The notes beneath the pieces are model-generated. The model saw nothing but the letters and a program-made list of their open reading frames with translations. It searched no databases and was not told the DNA's origin. Of a stretch of DNA of 64,000 nt, positions 27,696 through 39,300 are shown piece by piece. Origin of the DNA: a virus; the IMG/VR virus record IMGVR_UViG_3300027833_000001, positions 64,001 to 128,000 of that record; one strand, written 5' to 3'. How positions within the stretch are numbered: the stretch's first letter is position 1; every line of letters starts with the position of its first letter. The translations under genes were made by a program, and so were the position numbers.

Positions 27696-30600
27696 TGAGT
27701 ACGTCTCCAAGATTTAAAAAATATATAAAAGCTATTACCGTTACTAGTGGCGGTACTGGTTATCAGGCGGGCAATAAAAATGTCCTCACTTCTGGTGACC
27801 AACAATATGCTATCGACTATTTTGGAGACAACTATGTTCTTTATTATGGTCAATCTACAACCACACTTACCGCAGACTTAAAAGTATTAATTAGTGCGCC
27901 GACAAGTACTATACCTGGCGATACTCCTGTACAAGCAACTGGTACTATAACATTAAGTTCTTCTGGTGTTATCACAGCAATCACCATGACAAATATTGGT
28001 GATGGATATATTACTGAACCTACAGTAGATATTTTAGGTACGCCAAATTTAGTTACAGATATTTCTACTACCGATACACTGAGAGATGACGGAACGTATA
28101 CTAATATTCCTACTACATCGGTTGACGGAATTGGTACTGGTGTTAAAGTTGATATAATAATAGAATCTGGTAAGATTGTCAAGATTCTTCCAACTGGTGG
28201 TGAAGATTACAAAATAGGCGAAGAGCTTACTATAGATGCAATTGCTATTGGTGGTACTGGTGATGAGGATCCCATTAACTTCACTGTAACCAAAATTAAC
28301 GGTGGTAGCGGTGCAACATTCACAGTAGAATTAGATCAAGTAGGAAAGCCAGATGATTACTATGTGGAAAAACTTTCACCTGTAATCGAAAATCAAATAC
28401 CAGAATTTGTAAGAGATGAGTATCCATTATTCGCATCTTTCATTAAGAAATATTATGAGTACATGGATGATAATGATGCCACTTATGGCATGAATCCAAA
28501 TAATGTTCTTAATACTATACAAGATAGATTAGATGTTGACTTCAATGATGCAAATGAAGAAACCAGTACAGACTTCTTAGAGCAGTTCTTTGAAGACTAT
28601 GGAAAAGATTTCCCCATCTCAATGGCAGGAGATAAAAGACTTCTAGTTAAAAATATACGAGATTTCTATACATCAAAAGGCACAGCGAAAGCCGTAGAAA
28701 ATCTATTTAAGATTATGTACAACGAGAACATCGAAGTTTTCGTTCCCAACACTCATGTTCTAAGACCATCTGATAACACTTGGACAAGAGAGTATGTTGT
28801 TAAAGTCTATGAGAACATCTTCTTACCTTTTTTAGATCCTGGCGCGACTATATTCGATCCAGCAGAATTTGAAGGCAAAGAAATTGTTATCAGTCATTTT
28901 GAATCTATTGGGTCAGTAACAAATAGAAAAGAAAGAAAAGCAAATGTTAGTCAGGTAAAGAAAATTTCTTTCACTGTACCACAAGCGTATGAATTAACAT
29001 TAGATTTACCAGTAGATTATGTAATTCCTGGTGTAGGTTCAGGAGCAACATTTACCGCTGTTATTGGTGGTAAGATAGCATCAACTGGAACTGTAAGCGC
29101 CGCAGATTCAAACAGAACTTCTGGTACATATACTATTGGCGCATCTGATTACACAACATCTGGAAATGGAACGGGTGCAACATTTAGTATTGTAGTAGAT
29201 GGAAGTGGTAGCGCAGAAATAACTACTACGGGAGTTGGGCTAGACTATGCTCCTGATGAAACTATTACTGTTCCCAATGTACGACTTGGTAATGGCTCTG
29301 GGGCTGCCGCATTAACTTTTAAAGTTGCAACGATAACAGAAGGTAAGATACACTCTGTCACTATTGATAGTGCAGGAAATCAGTACTCTTCAAACATACC
29401 ATTAAAAGTAACACCTAATACCGCAGATACAATTACGACTGAAGCTACCCCTTTGATGCGAGTTACTAATGGATCAGTAACTTCTATCATATTCACTGAT
29501 GGTGTACAAGGAGTTGGATACAATCATGTTCCTACTTTAAGAGAATCAAACTATTTTCAGCAATCTTATATAAGTTTATCAACTGATGATAGAACACTTA
29601 ATGTAAATAAGAAAGCAATACCTGGTAGAATTCTATCAGGTGCTGTAGTCAAATCAACTAGCGGAGAAGCAATTGGTGGATTTGCGGTAGGACAATCTTA
29701 TAAGATTGACGAAAACGCTTCCTTGTCTCCATATGCAATTGATTACTTTGCGGGAGATTATACCCTAACTGGTATTGCAAACAACTCATTCGTTAAAGTA
29801 TCACAGATATCTTCTACTGGATTCCCAACTGCATTAGATGTAATCGCAATTGGTGCTGGATTCACAGGAGCGCATTTCGATGTAAACATAGTATCGCCAT
29901 TAGGTTATACTGCAACTCTCACTTGTACTACTGGCTATAACGCAGTCTATCCAGGAATGTTTGCTGGTACATCTGGTTTCTTATCAGACGCAAACAAAGC
30001 ACAAGATAATAGATTATACCAAGCATTCTCATATCAAGTTAGATCAGAAAGACCTAAATCTGAATGGGGCGAGTACGTAAAACGTGCGGCTCACCCAGCT
30101 GGTATGGTAGCATTCTCTGATTTACAGATTACAAATACAATAGATTTCTCAGGCACAACAACGGTAGATACTGACCTATTCTTCTACGTAGTTATGCCAG
30201 ATATAGATGTTATCTCTGTACAAGATGTACTAACTAAAGATATGCACTTGCCACTTGTTACTGATGTACCAACAACTTCAGAACCATATTACTCAATGGA
30301 ACCAGGACTTCATAAAGTCGATACAACTGATTTTATTGAAACACTGGCTAAAGATGTAGAGACTATCAGAACAGACGTATTTAATCCTTTCCATGGTTCT
30401 TTAATATTCGATGTAGAGGCAGTACTTCCTACAGAAAACTCTGTGATGTCTGATAGTATTTCGACATTTGAAATTGGCAGAGGATTAACTGATACATTTG
30501 CAGGTGCAGATGTTATTCAATTTGGAACTGAAACTGCATTCACTGAGCAAATTAAATGGGAAGACGTTGACTCAGAATACGCAACAGATTATTTCCTAAA

Positions 30601-31219
30601 TGATGGCGGTGCTTATACAGAGGGTGTTCCTCTTGTAGTACTTCATTTTGATAAGCATTTTGATCAACTCAGTTTTGGTGCATACGCAACAGATTACTTT
30701 GCTGAAGTCTATACAGATGAAACTTCGGAAACAAATTCTAATAATGCTGGTGATCGTCCAATTTGGTCAGACGCACCATCATTGCACGTAGTACCAGAAA
30801 CAATAATAGATACGTTTAGCGTACAAGATACACCAATAATGGTTCTTATTATAAACAGAACAGTGGCAGACTCGCTAAACACAGCAGATACTTTAAACTT
30901 GATGAATATCGAGTTGAGTAAAACAGAGGTTCCTGTAACCTCAGACTCGGTAAATGTGATTGAATTCACTACAGCCTTTACAGAACTTGCGAATACTCAA
31001 GAAGCTACAGTAGTTAAAGATATATTTAATGGATACTCAGAGTCCATAGCAACATTGGAAGGAACTGCTTCATATAACGTCTTAATATTCCCAAGCATAA
31101 ATAAAGCAGATACTTCAAACACAGCGGAATCTGGATCTGTAACGCAATCTGATTACGGAACTAGTACGGATTATTTCTTGGAAGATTATGTTGCAACTGA
31201 AGTAAGAAGCATTGCATAA
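27695..31219 (+). CDS. gp7: Baseplate wedge initiator gp7-like protein with extra domains
   Basis: QIPEFVR.EYP.F..FIK.YYE, LVKNIRDFY.SKGT, QDN..YQ.FSY, HPAGM; between gp6 and gp8. Confidence 0.8.
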   Translation: MSTSPRFKKYIKAITVTSGGTGYQAGNKNVLTSGDQQYAIDYFGDNYVLYYGQSTTTLTADLKVLISAPTSTIPGDTPVQATGTITLSSSGVITAITMTNIGDGYITEPTVDILGTPNLVTDISTTDTLRDDGTYTNIPTTSVDGIGTGVKVDIIIESGKIVKILPTGGEDYKIGEELTIDAIAIGGTGDEDPINFTVTKINGGSGATFTVELDQVGKPDDYYVEKLSPVIENQIPEFVRDEYPLFASFIKKYYEYMDDNDATYGMNPNNVLNTIQDRLDVDFNDANEETSTDFLEQFFEDYGKDFPISMAGDKRLLVKNIRDFYTSKGTAKAVENLFKIMYNENIEVFVPNTHVLRPSDNTWTREYVVKVYENIFLPFLDPGATIFDPAEFEGKEIVISHFESIGSVTNRKERKANVSQVKKISFTVPQAYELTLDLPVDYVIPGVGSGATFTAVIGGKIASTGTVSAADSNRTSGTYTIGASDYTTSGNGTGATFSIVVDGSGSAEITTTGVGLDYAPDETITVPNVRLGNGSGAAALTFKVATITEGKIHSVTIDSAGNQYSSNIPLKVTPNTADTITTEATPLMRVTNGSVTSIIFTDGVQGVGYNHVPTLRESNYFQQSYISLSTDDRTLNVNKKAIPGRILSGAVVKSTSGEAIGGFAVGQSYKIDENASLSPYAIDYFAGDYTLTGIANNSFVKVSQISSTGFPTALDVIAIGAGFTGAHFDVNIVSPLGYTATLTCTTGYNAVYPGMFAGTSGFLSDANKAQDNRLYQAFSYQVRSERPKSEWGEYVKRAAHPAGMVAFSDLQITNTIDFSGTTTVDTDLFFYVVMPDIDVISVQDVLTKDMHLPLVTDVPTTSEPYYSMEPGLHKVDTTDFIETLAKDVETIRTDVFNPFHGSLIFDVEAVLPTENSVMSDSISTFEIGRGLTDTFAGADVIQFGTETAFTEQIKWEDVDSEYATDYFLNDGGAYTEGVPLVVLHFDKHFDQLSFGAYATDYFAEVYTDETSETNSNNAGDRPIWSDAPSLHVVPETIIDTFSVQDTPIMVLIINRTVADSLNTADTLNLMNIELSKTEVPVTSDSVNVIEFTTAFTELANTQEATVVKDIFNGYSESIATLEGTASYNVLIFPSINKADTSNTAESGSVTQSDYGTSTDYFLEDYVATEVRSIA

Positions 31220-31223
31220 GTGT

Positions 31224-31231
31224 TATAAATA
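31224..31231 (+). promoter_or_regulatory. T4 late promoter
   Basis: TATAAATA. Confidence 0.8.
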
Positions 31232-31265
31232 GAATTACAATATACAAACCCCTTAGGAGAAAACG

Positions 31266-31718
31266 ATGATTACTAATAACAAAATGAACGCTACAGGCAA
31301 GTTGCACGTAGCACTTTTCGGAGCAGATGGTTCTTTGAAAGAAGAACGAACTGTCACAAACGTAGTAGTAGATGATGGTCTTGACCACATTGCAAGTAGA
31401 CTGGGCGCAAGTTCTGCACCTACAGCAATGTCACATATGGCTATTGGCTCTTCAACTACAGCAGCCGCTGCCGCTGACTCAGCACTTGGAACAGAACTTG
31501 GTAGAGTTGCATTAACTTCTACAACTGTTACCAACTCATCTGTACAGTACATTGGGGATTTCCCTGCTGGAACTGGAACAGGTGCAGTAGTTGAAGCTGG
31601 TGTATTAAACGCATCAAGTGGCGGAGTTTTATTGTGCCGCACAGTATTCGCAGTAGTAAACAAAGGTGCCGCGGATACTTTAAAGATTACTTGGACCGTA
31701 ACTGTAGCTGATTCTTAA
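31266..31718 (+). CDS. Conserved phage tail/baseplate-associated protein
   Basis: NVVVDDG, MSHMAIG, ALGTELGRVAL, GTGAVVEAG, RTVF.VVNK...DTL.ITW; late promoter and AGGAG RBS. Confidence 0.65.
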   Translation: MITNNKMNATGKLHVALFGADGSLKEERTVTNVVVDDGLDHIASRLGASSAPTAMSHMAIGSSTTAAAAADSALGTELGRVALTSTTVTNSSVQYIGDFPAGTGTGAVVEAGVLNASSGGVLLCRTVFAVVNKGAADTLKITWTVTVADS

Positions 31719-31738
31719 TCTAGCATAGGGATTCATTA

Positions 31739-33364
31739 GTGACTTTACTACTTACAAATCAGTCAAGAGTTCAACTGGCGAGGTCGTTCTACAGGGACAT
31801 CTTCAATAGCAATGACTATTTCTACTTCTACGCAAGTAGACCATTGCCTTGGACAGACGACCTTGTTCCTGCAACACCTGAAGATGCTCAATCGCAACTT
31901 TCGGATGTCAGGCGTGATACTCTTTTCGTCAAACGGGTGCAAGGTTCAGATGCCTGTATGCTTGCTACCCGAAGAAACTGGGTAAGTGGTACGATCTATG
32001 ATCAATACGATGATGCTTATACCGCAACGAATACCGCGACCAGTGGAGCGACTTCTTTAGACGCTTCATTGTTCTATGTTATTACTTCCGATTTTAATGT
32101 ATATAAATGTATTGAAAACGGAAAGGGTGTTGCAAGTGTTCGAAAGCCGACAAGCACAGGTGCAGAAATCTTTGAACTGAATGATGGCTATAAATGGCAA
32201 TTTATGTTTCAAGTTAGTGTATCAGATAGAGGTAAATTTTTAACGGATGATTATATTCCTGTTAGAAAGGCTTCTGGTTCTGGTCAACCAGCATTTGATG
32301 TAAACGGTGAGATTGATGCTATAACGAAAACTGCTGGTGGCTCTGGATATTCCAGTGCGCCCACTGTTACTATAACAGGAGATGGCACAGGAGCATCGGC
32401 TACCGCTACTGTATCCGGGGGTGCGGTAACTGCGCTCACGTTGAACACAGCAGGATTCGGATATTCGTTCGCATTTGTGCAATTTACTGGTGGTGGAGGC
32501 TCTGGTGCTACCGCTACAGCGACATTAGGCTCAACAGAGACAGATACACTACAGTCAAATGTTGAATCACAAGCAATTTCTGGCACGATTGATCGAATCG
32601 AAGTATCTGCAATAGGTGTTGACTACACTGCTGGAGACTCTATAATATCTATTATTGGTGATGGTACGGGTGCAACAGCAACTCCTACAATCAACACACG
32701 AGGAGAGATCACATCGGTTACTATAGTCTCTCCAGGAACTGGATATACTTTTGCGGATGTTACCGTAACTCAGACAGTGGGTACTGGTGCAAATGCAGTA
32801 TTTAGAGCAGTCTGTTCTCCAATAAATGGACATGGATCACACTCACAGAAAGAACTGTTTGCAAAGAATCTAGGAGTCAATGTATCGTTCTCTAATGACA
32901 ACGATGATATTGTAGTAGGTGATCCATTAGCATCACCTGCGGCTGGACAAGACTTCAGACAGATTGGGATTATGAAGAATCTTACTCAATATGGTTCTTC
33001 TACATTGTTTACTAATACTACCGCAACACCATGTTTCATCATTACAGTCGCTAACACAGGCGAATACAACTTAGACGATGTTATCACATCATCCGATGGT
33101 GGCAAATTTACGGTAATACAAAAAGTAGACACTGACAATAACGCCGCATATGACAAAGTATATTTACAACGTATCTATGGCAATATAACTGCTTCATCAA
33201 CACTCACAAACGCAACAACATCGACTGGAAATTTGACTATAAATAGTATTACAAATCCAGAGATAGATGTGTTTTCAGGAGATATCCTGTACATAGACAA
33301 CAGACGACCTGTTGTCAGAGATGTTGATCAGACGGAAACTATTAAAGTCGTATTTAAATTCTAG
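31739..33364 (+). CDS. gp8: Baseplate wedge gp8 with inserted GSGY beta domains
   Basis: [50 protein letters not shown]...QTE.IK.V.KF. Confidence 0.9.
   Translation: MTLLLTNQSRVQLARSFYRDIFNSNDYFYFYASRPLPWTDDLVPATPEDAQSQLSDVRRDTLFVKRVQGSDACMLATRRNWVSGTIYDQYDDAYTATNTATSGATSLDASLFYVITSDFNVYKCIENGKGVASVRKPTSTGAEIFELNDGYKWQFMFQVSVSDRGKFLTDDYIPVRKASGSGQPAFDVNGEIDAITKTAGGSGYSSAPTVTITGDGTGASATATVSGGAVTALTLNTAGFGYSFAFVQFTGGGGSGATATATLGSTETDTLQSNVESQAISGTIDRIEVSAIGVDYTAGDSIISIIGDGTGATATPTINTRGEITSVTIVSPGTGYTFADVTVTQTVGTGANAVFRAVCSPINGHGSHSQKELFAKNLGVNVSFSNDNDDIVVGDPLASPAAGQDFRQIGIMKNLTQYGSSTLFTNTTATPCFIITVANTGEYNLDDVITSSDGGKFTVIQKVDTDNNAAYDKVYLQRIYGNITASSTLTNATTSTGNLTINSITNPEIDVFSGDILYIDNRRPVVRDVDQTETIKVVFKF
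33238..33245 (+). promoter_or_regulatory. T4 late promoter inside the 3' end of gp8
   Basis: TATAAATA, about 130 nt upstream of the large fibre gene. Confidence 0.6.
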
Positions 33365-33373
33365 GACAGAGAA

Positions 33374-36300
33374 ATGGCATTAGACCTTAACGTATCACCA
33401 TATTATAACGATTTTGATGCAACCAAACAGTTTGAAAAAGTTCTTTTCAAGCCAGGTGTTGCAGTGCAGGCGAGAGAATTAACTCAGCTACAGTCATATC
33501 TTTCCAACGCGATTAAGAATCATGCCGAGTTTAGTCTCACTGAGGGTACACGGGTATCTGGTGGTGAGGGTACGGTATTATTTAAACCATATATTAAAAT
33601 CAACGATCTCGATTCCGCATCTGCAACCGTAGTCGATTCTACTTTAATAAACTATGTCGGTGATACTATTACAGGCAGTAGTACGGGCATCACAGCAACA
33701 ATTCTTTCAACTCAAACTGGCGCCGATTCTGATAACGTAAATAAGAAAACTCTTTACTTAGGCTATACTGGCGGTAATCCAACTGGTGCTGGAAGTCAAG
33801 GTAATGCAGTTCACTTTGACAGCGGAGAAACTCTTACTGTAACATCAACTGATTCTGGTAGAAATGGTGATACTTTTGTAGTTGATAGTACAAGAAGCAC
33901 AACTGATGTTGCATTAAACTATTATGGAATAGGATTGTTTTTTGTAGTCGCAGATGGTGTATTCTTTCTCAAGAATCAATTTGTAACACACTTACGACAA
34001 GAAATTCTACTGGAAAAATATAATCCAGTTGCTAGTTACTTTGTTGGTCTTCAAGTAAAAGAGACCATAATAACATCCGATACAGATACAAGTCTTCTTG
34101 ATCCATCTTCAGGATCATTTAACTTCAATGCACCCGGAGCAGACAGATATAAAGTTTCCACTGTACTTACTAAGAAGACATTAACAGAAGATTCCGACGC
34201 AGACTTTGTTGCAATCGATAAAGTCATTGATGGTAAATATTACCAGAAAGTAACAGAAGATGTTGGACAACTAAATGAAATTGGTAAGATTCTAGCAGGT
34301 AGAACATATGAAGAATCTGGAAACTATGTAACCGCACCATTCTCAATTGTGGTTGATGAGCATTTAAAAACTTCCAATAATAGAGGTAAGTTCCTATCGT
34401 CTAATACTGCTAGACCAGGAAACTCACAGAAACTGGCATTATCAATTGGTAGTGGTACAGCATATGTTAATGGATTTAGACACAACTTTCAGACACCACA
34501 AATTGTAGACATTGATAAAGCAACCACTACTCAGATAACTGAAGGACAAACCATATCAACTGGATACGGTAACTACTTCTATGTAAATGAGTTTGCTGGT
34601 ACTTGGAACATAAAAGACGGAACACTTGTAACAATTTATAATACAGCAAAAACTGCGGTAACTTCTGGCACATACGGCAGTACTTCAGCACCCGGTTCTT
34701 CTAATATTATAGGTCAAGCAAGAATTAAACAGATTGAATATTCTTCTGGCACATTGGGTGCAGCCGCAACAGTATACAGAATGTATCTTTATGATATTTC
34801 TATTACTAAGGGCAAACTCTCAGATGCTAAAGGATTATACTATTCAAATAGCACAGATAGTGGCTTTGCAGATTGTGTTTTAGAATCATCAAAAGCAGTT
34901 ATCAAAGAATCCACACAGAATAAATTAGTCTTCAGAACTCCTTATAGTAGCGCAAAAACTCTTGCGGCAGCCTCAGGCGGTTCATACGATACGCAGTATT
35001 ATTATCAAGAAGAATTTGATGTTACTTTCGCTGCCGATGGTACAGCAACAATATCAGTAACAGGAAGTTCACAGTTCCCATACACTGGAAGTATAACACA
35101 GACTATAATTGATAGAAACTTTATATTAGTTGCAACCAGTGGATCAACTATTAATGGCACAGCAATAACTGCCGGTAGAGTTATACCATTAACACCTGCA
35201 ATGATTACATCTGCATCAACTGGATCTCTGGTATTTGATCTGGGTACTGTTAGTGGTACTTCTACTGCTAAGATGTTTGTTAAAGTAGTCAATGTCGATT
35301 CAGCTCCTGTTCCTAAAAATCTCATATCAAATGTATATGTTAAAATTAACACCGCAACTAATGAGGGTGGAGCAACTGGACCATGGAACTTAGGTATATC
35401 TGACATATTCAGAATTACTGATGTTTACCTAGATGGTGATGGGTATGTTGAAACTGGAGAGAATCAACGAGCGAAATTCCTTCTCGATAACGGACAGAAA
35501 GATAACGTATATGGACATGGTAAGTTAAAGAAGAATACCAATTCTCCAATCAACACTACAAGCAAGTACATTGTTGTAAAATTGAAATGCTTCACACCAA
35601 ACTATGCCTCTACAGGCGGAACATATTTTGCAGTAAATTCATATCCTACAGATGATACTGGTTCAGCTGGTATCTACACATATGAAATTCCAAGATATGA
35701 TTCTAAACAATCTGGCTCATATAATCTTAGAGATTGTATTGACTTCAGACCAATGATTACAAATACAGCCGTAACAGCAACAGCTAACTTAGCCGCGGCA
35801 ACGATTAATCCATCTAAGAGTAATACGATAAATGCTCCAACTGATGGAGTACAACACCCTGCACCTACTCAGAATTTCACAACAGACGTTGAGTTCTATT
35901 TAAAAAGAATCGACAAAGTTGTGATTACAGATCAGAGTGAGTTCAAAGTCTTTAAGGGAATTCCGTCTGTTAGTCCCCGCAGTCCAATTGTACCTGAAAA
36001 TCAGGGAATGGCTTTGGTTGAACTGAATATTCCTGCATATCCTTCTGTATCTCCATTTGTAGGAGATGCTTTTGGAGTACCTGGTTATACAGTAGGTAAG
36101 AGACTATTACAGAATCGTAGATATACGATGTCCGATATTAGTCGTATAGAAAAAAGAATTAACAGATTAGAATATTATACTGCCTTGTCTCTTATGGAAC
36201 AAGAATCTCAGAATATGAACATTGTTGATGCTGATGGTAATACTAGATTTAAAAATGGTATTTTTATCAATGTGTTTACAACTCACGCATTAAGTGATGT

Positions 36301-39300
36301 TGCAGATCCCGCATTCAAGTGTGCTATTGATCCAACTACAAAACGTGTTGGACCAGCATACAAAGAAACTCGCGCAGATTTAGTTTTTAACTCCACAACA
36401 TCTTCTGGTGTAACTAGATCAGGCGATCTACTTACTCTTCCATTTACGAAGACAGTATTCTCAGAAAATAGATTCTCTTCTAAAGCTAGAAATTGTGTTG
36501 GTGAATTACTGTTCGCATGGGAAGGAGACTTGAATGTTTATCCTCGAGGTGCAAACTATGTAGATACTACTACGTTGGATGATTATCATGTTGAAGATAA
36601 TTCTTTAAGTGAGTTTGGTAACCAACTTGCAAATGATATCAGTAAAGCACAGATAATTTCTTCCTACGATGTTTCTTTTAGCTCCGTACCAAATGAACCA
36701 ACCTCACAAAGTTGGGGAGCTGAAACTTCAGCCTCTGACGAATTCACAACCACAACTGCATTTAGTGCAGGTGCCGAAGCGTCATCATCTGGATCAGATG
36801 CTATAGGCGGTCGAGGAGTTAGAGGCATTGCAGGCGTAAACGTAGATACAAATGCAACCGTTGACATAACAGGAACTGTCACTACTACTGGTAGAGTAGA
36901 TTCTTCATCTAGTATTTCAGGTTCAATAATAACAAACTCATCTACAACTACTGCAACAGCAACAAAACAGATGTTGACAGCAACAGCGGCACCCTATACA
37001 ACACAACAAGTTGCTATGGGTGAAAAACTTGTTTCCGCTGAACTTAATCTGTATATGAAAGCAATGCCATTGATGTATATTGGTACAAGATTTAAACCAA
37101 ATACAAAACTGTATGGATTCTTTGACGGTGAAGCACAGACTGCGGTAAAGTTTCAACCAGTACTCGCTTCAAATGTTAATAATTTAATCGCGCTGAAAAA
37201 TCAGCACTCAAGACCAGGGGATTTATTGGCGGCAGCGAGTGCCGCGGGGTATTTACTGCCTAGAGGTACTTCAATTACTTCAGACGCAAACGGAATTATT
37301 TGTGGATTCTACTATATGCCGGGCGGTACATTCATGGTCGGTGAGAGACAATTACGTTTTACCGATGATGTAAAAGATAGAGCATCATTTGTTACTACTT
37401 CAGCGCAAGCACCATTTAGTTCATCTGGCATATCTACAGTAGCACAACAAACTGTAGTATCAACAGCAATACCTAAAATTAATTTTGGACAAACTGCACC
37501 AGTATCAACGAACGTAGGTTCTTGGACACAAGTTACAAGCGTTGAAATGGGTGCTGTAAATATGTCTTCTTCTGTAACGGCTACTGCAAAATCTACCGTT
37601 GATCTGAATGTTGATTTAGAAACAGAAACACACGTTCAAGTTACAGGTGGTTTCGATCCAATAGCACAGACATTCTTTGTAGAAGATCCTGAAGGAGTAA
37701 TGGCAACAGAAGTCAAAGTATTCTTTAGAAAGAAATCTAGTACTGCTAGTATTACATTACAACTCAGAGAAGTTGTTAATGGTTATCCTTCACGATCAGT
37801 ACTGCCATACGGTGAAGTTAATCTAGCACCAAGTCAAGTTACAGTAACTACGGAAGATGCTGATGGAACTATCAGATTCTCTCCTGAAGGTCAGCCAGCG
37901 AATCCTTATACAACAACATTTGCATTCGAAGCACCAGTACAACTTAAAGGAAATACTGAATATTGTTTCGTTCTTCTCCCTGCTGGTAATAGTCCAGACT
38001 ATGAAGTTTGGTGTTCAGAACTAGGACAGAACAAAGTTGGAGTTGGTGTTCAGAATCAACGCATCTTTGCTGAAGATACAAACATAGGCGGAATACTATT
38101 CACATCTTCTAATAACAGAACTTGGAACGCTCACCAATCTGAAGATATGACCTATCAAATAACTAAAGCGGTATATGCTTCAAGTAACGGTACAGTACAT
38201 TTAGAAAATGGAAACACAGATTACATTATAGGCGAAAGCTATTCTGGTGGAAGACCTGCTGTTGGTACAGTCGTACACGGATGGAAAGCAACACTAACAT
38301 CTGGTGGTTCAGGTCATGCAGTGAATGATATTGTTACCCTAGCAAATGCAACTGACTCAGGTGGAAATACTCTTACTGGAGTTAAAGCTAAAGTAACAAC
38401 AGTATCGGGTGGAGCAATCACAGCATTTGCAATTAGCGATCCCGGCACACTTGCAGATAACTGGACAGGTAATCCGGGTGGGTTAAACCAGCTATCAACT
38501 AGTGGCACAGGAACAGGTGCATCAATATCACTTGTTCTTGCTAGAGGTCGAGTTACTAATTCTAATCCAATTACAGAACAAATAGATGTTGATGTAGATA
38601 CTGGACATTTCAGAAATCAAACTGATGGTGCTCTGATTACTCCAATAGGAAATGGCACAACATTCTTTACTAATACTGCAATTGAAGATAGAAAGTTTAA
38701 TCAAGTTAGAACTACGATGAATCTAGTTGAGAATGATGGTATAATGACATATGAATATGCACCAACAAAGTCTTCTAATGTATCTTCAGTCAGTACAACT
38801 TATGAAGTCCTTGGACTGAATGTAAGAAAGAATACTGCGGATGAGAAGTCAATTAGATCATATTCTAACGAAGACTATTATCTTTCTGGTGCCGACACGA
38901 AGTCGCTACACTTTAAGATAACATTACCAGCAGGTACTAATACTAACCTATCACCAGTGCTAGACTTATCAGCACTTGGATTGTTGACTGTTCAAAACTT
39001 GTTGAATAACGACAGCACAAACGAAACTACTAATGATGGTAATGCATTATCTAGATACATCAATAAGCCAGTTGTTCTCGCAGATGGTATGGAAGCACAA
39101 GATGTTGTTCTTCAAGTTGCGTTATTACAACCACCTGGTGCATCTATTGAAGTTTATGGTAAGTTCCAAGCAGAAGCAGATGATGCTAACTTCAATGAAG
39201 ATTTGCCTTGGATAAAATTAGCAAGAGATGATGACTGGTCGCCTATTGGGAGTTCTGTTACACAATCAGCATTTGTTGATTTTGGATTTAAAATACCTGA

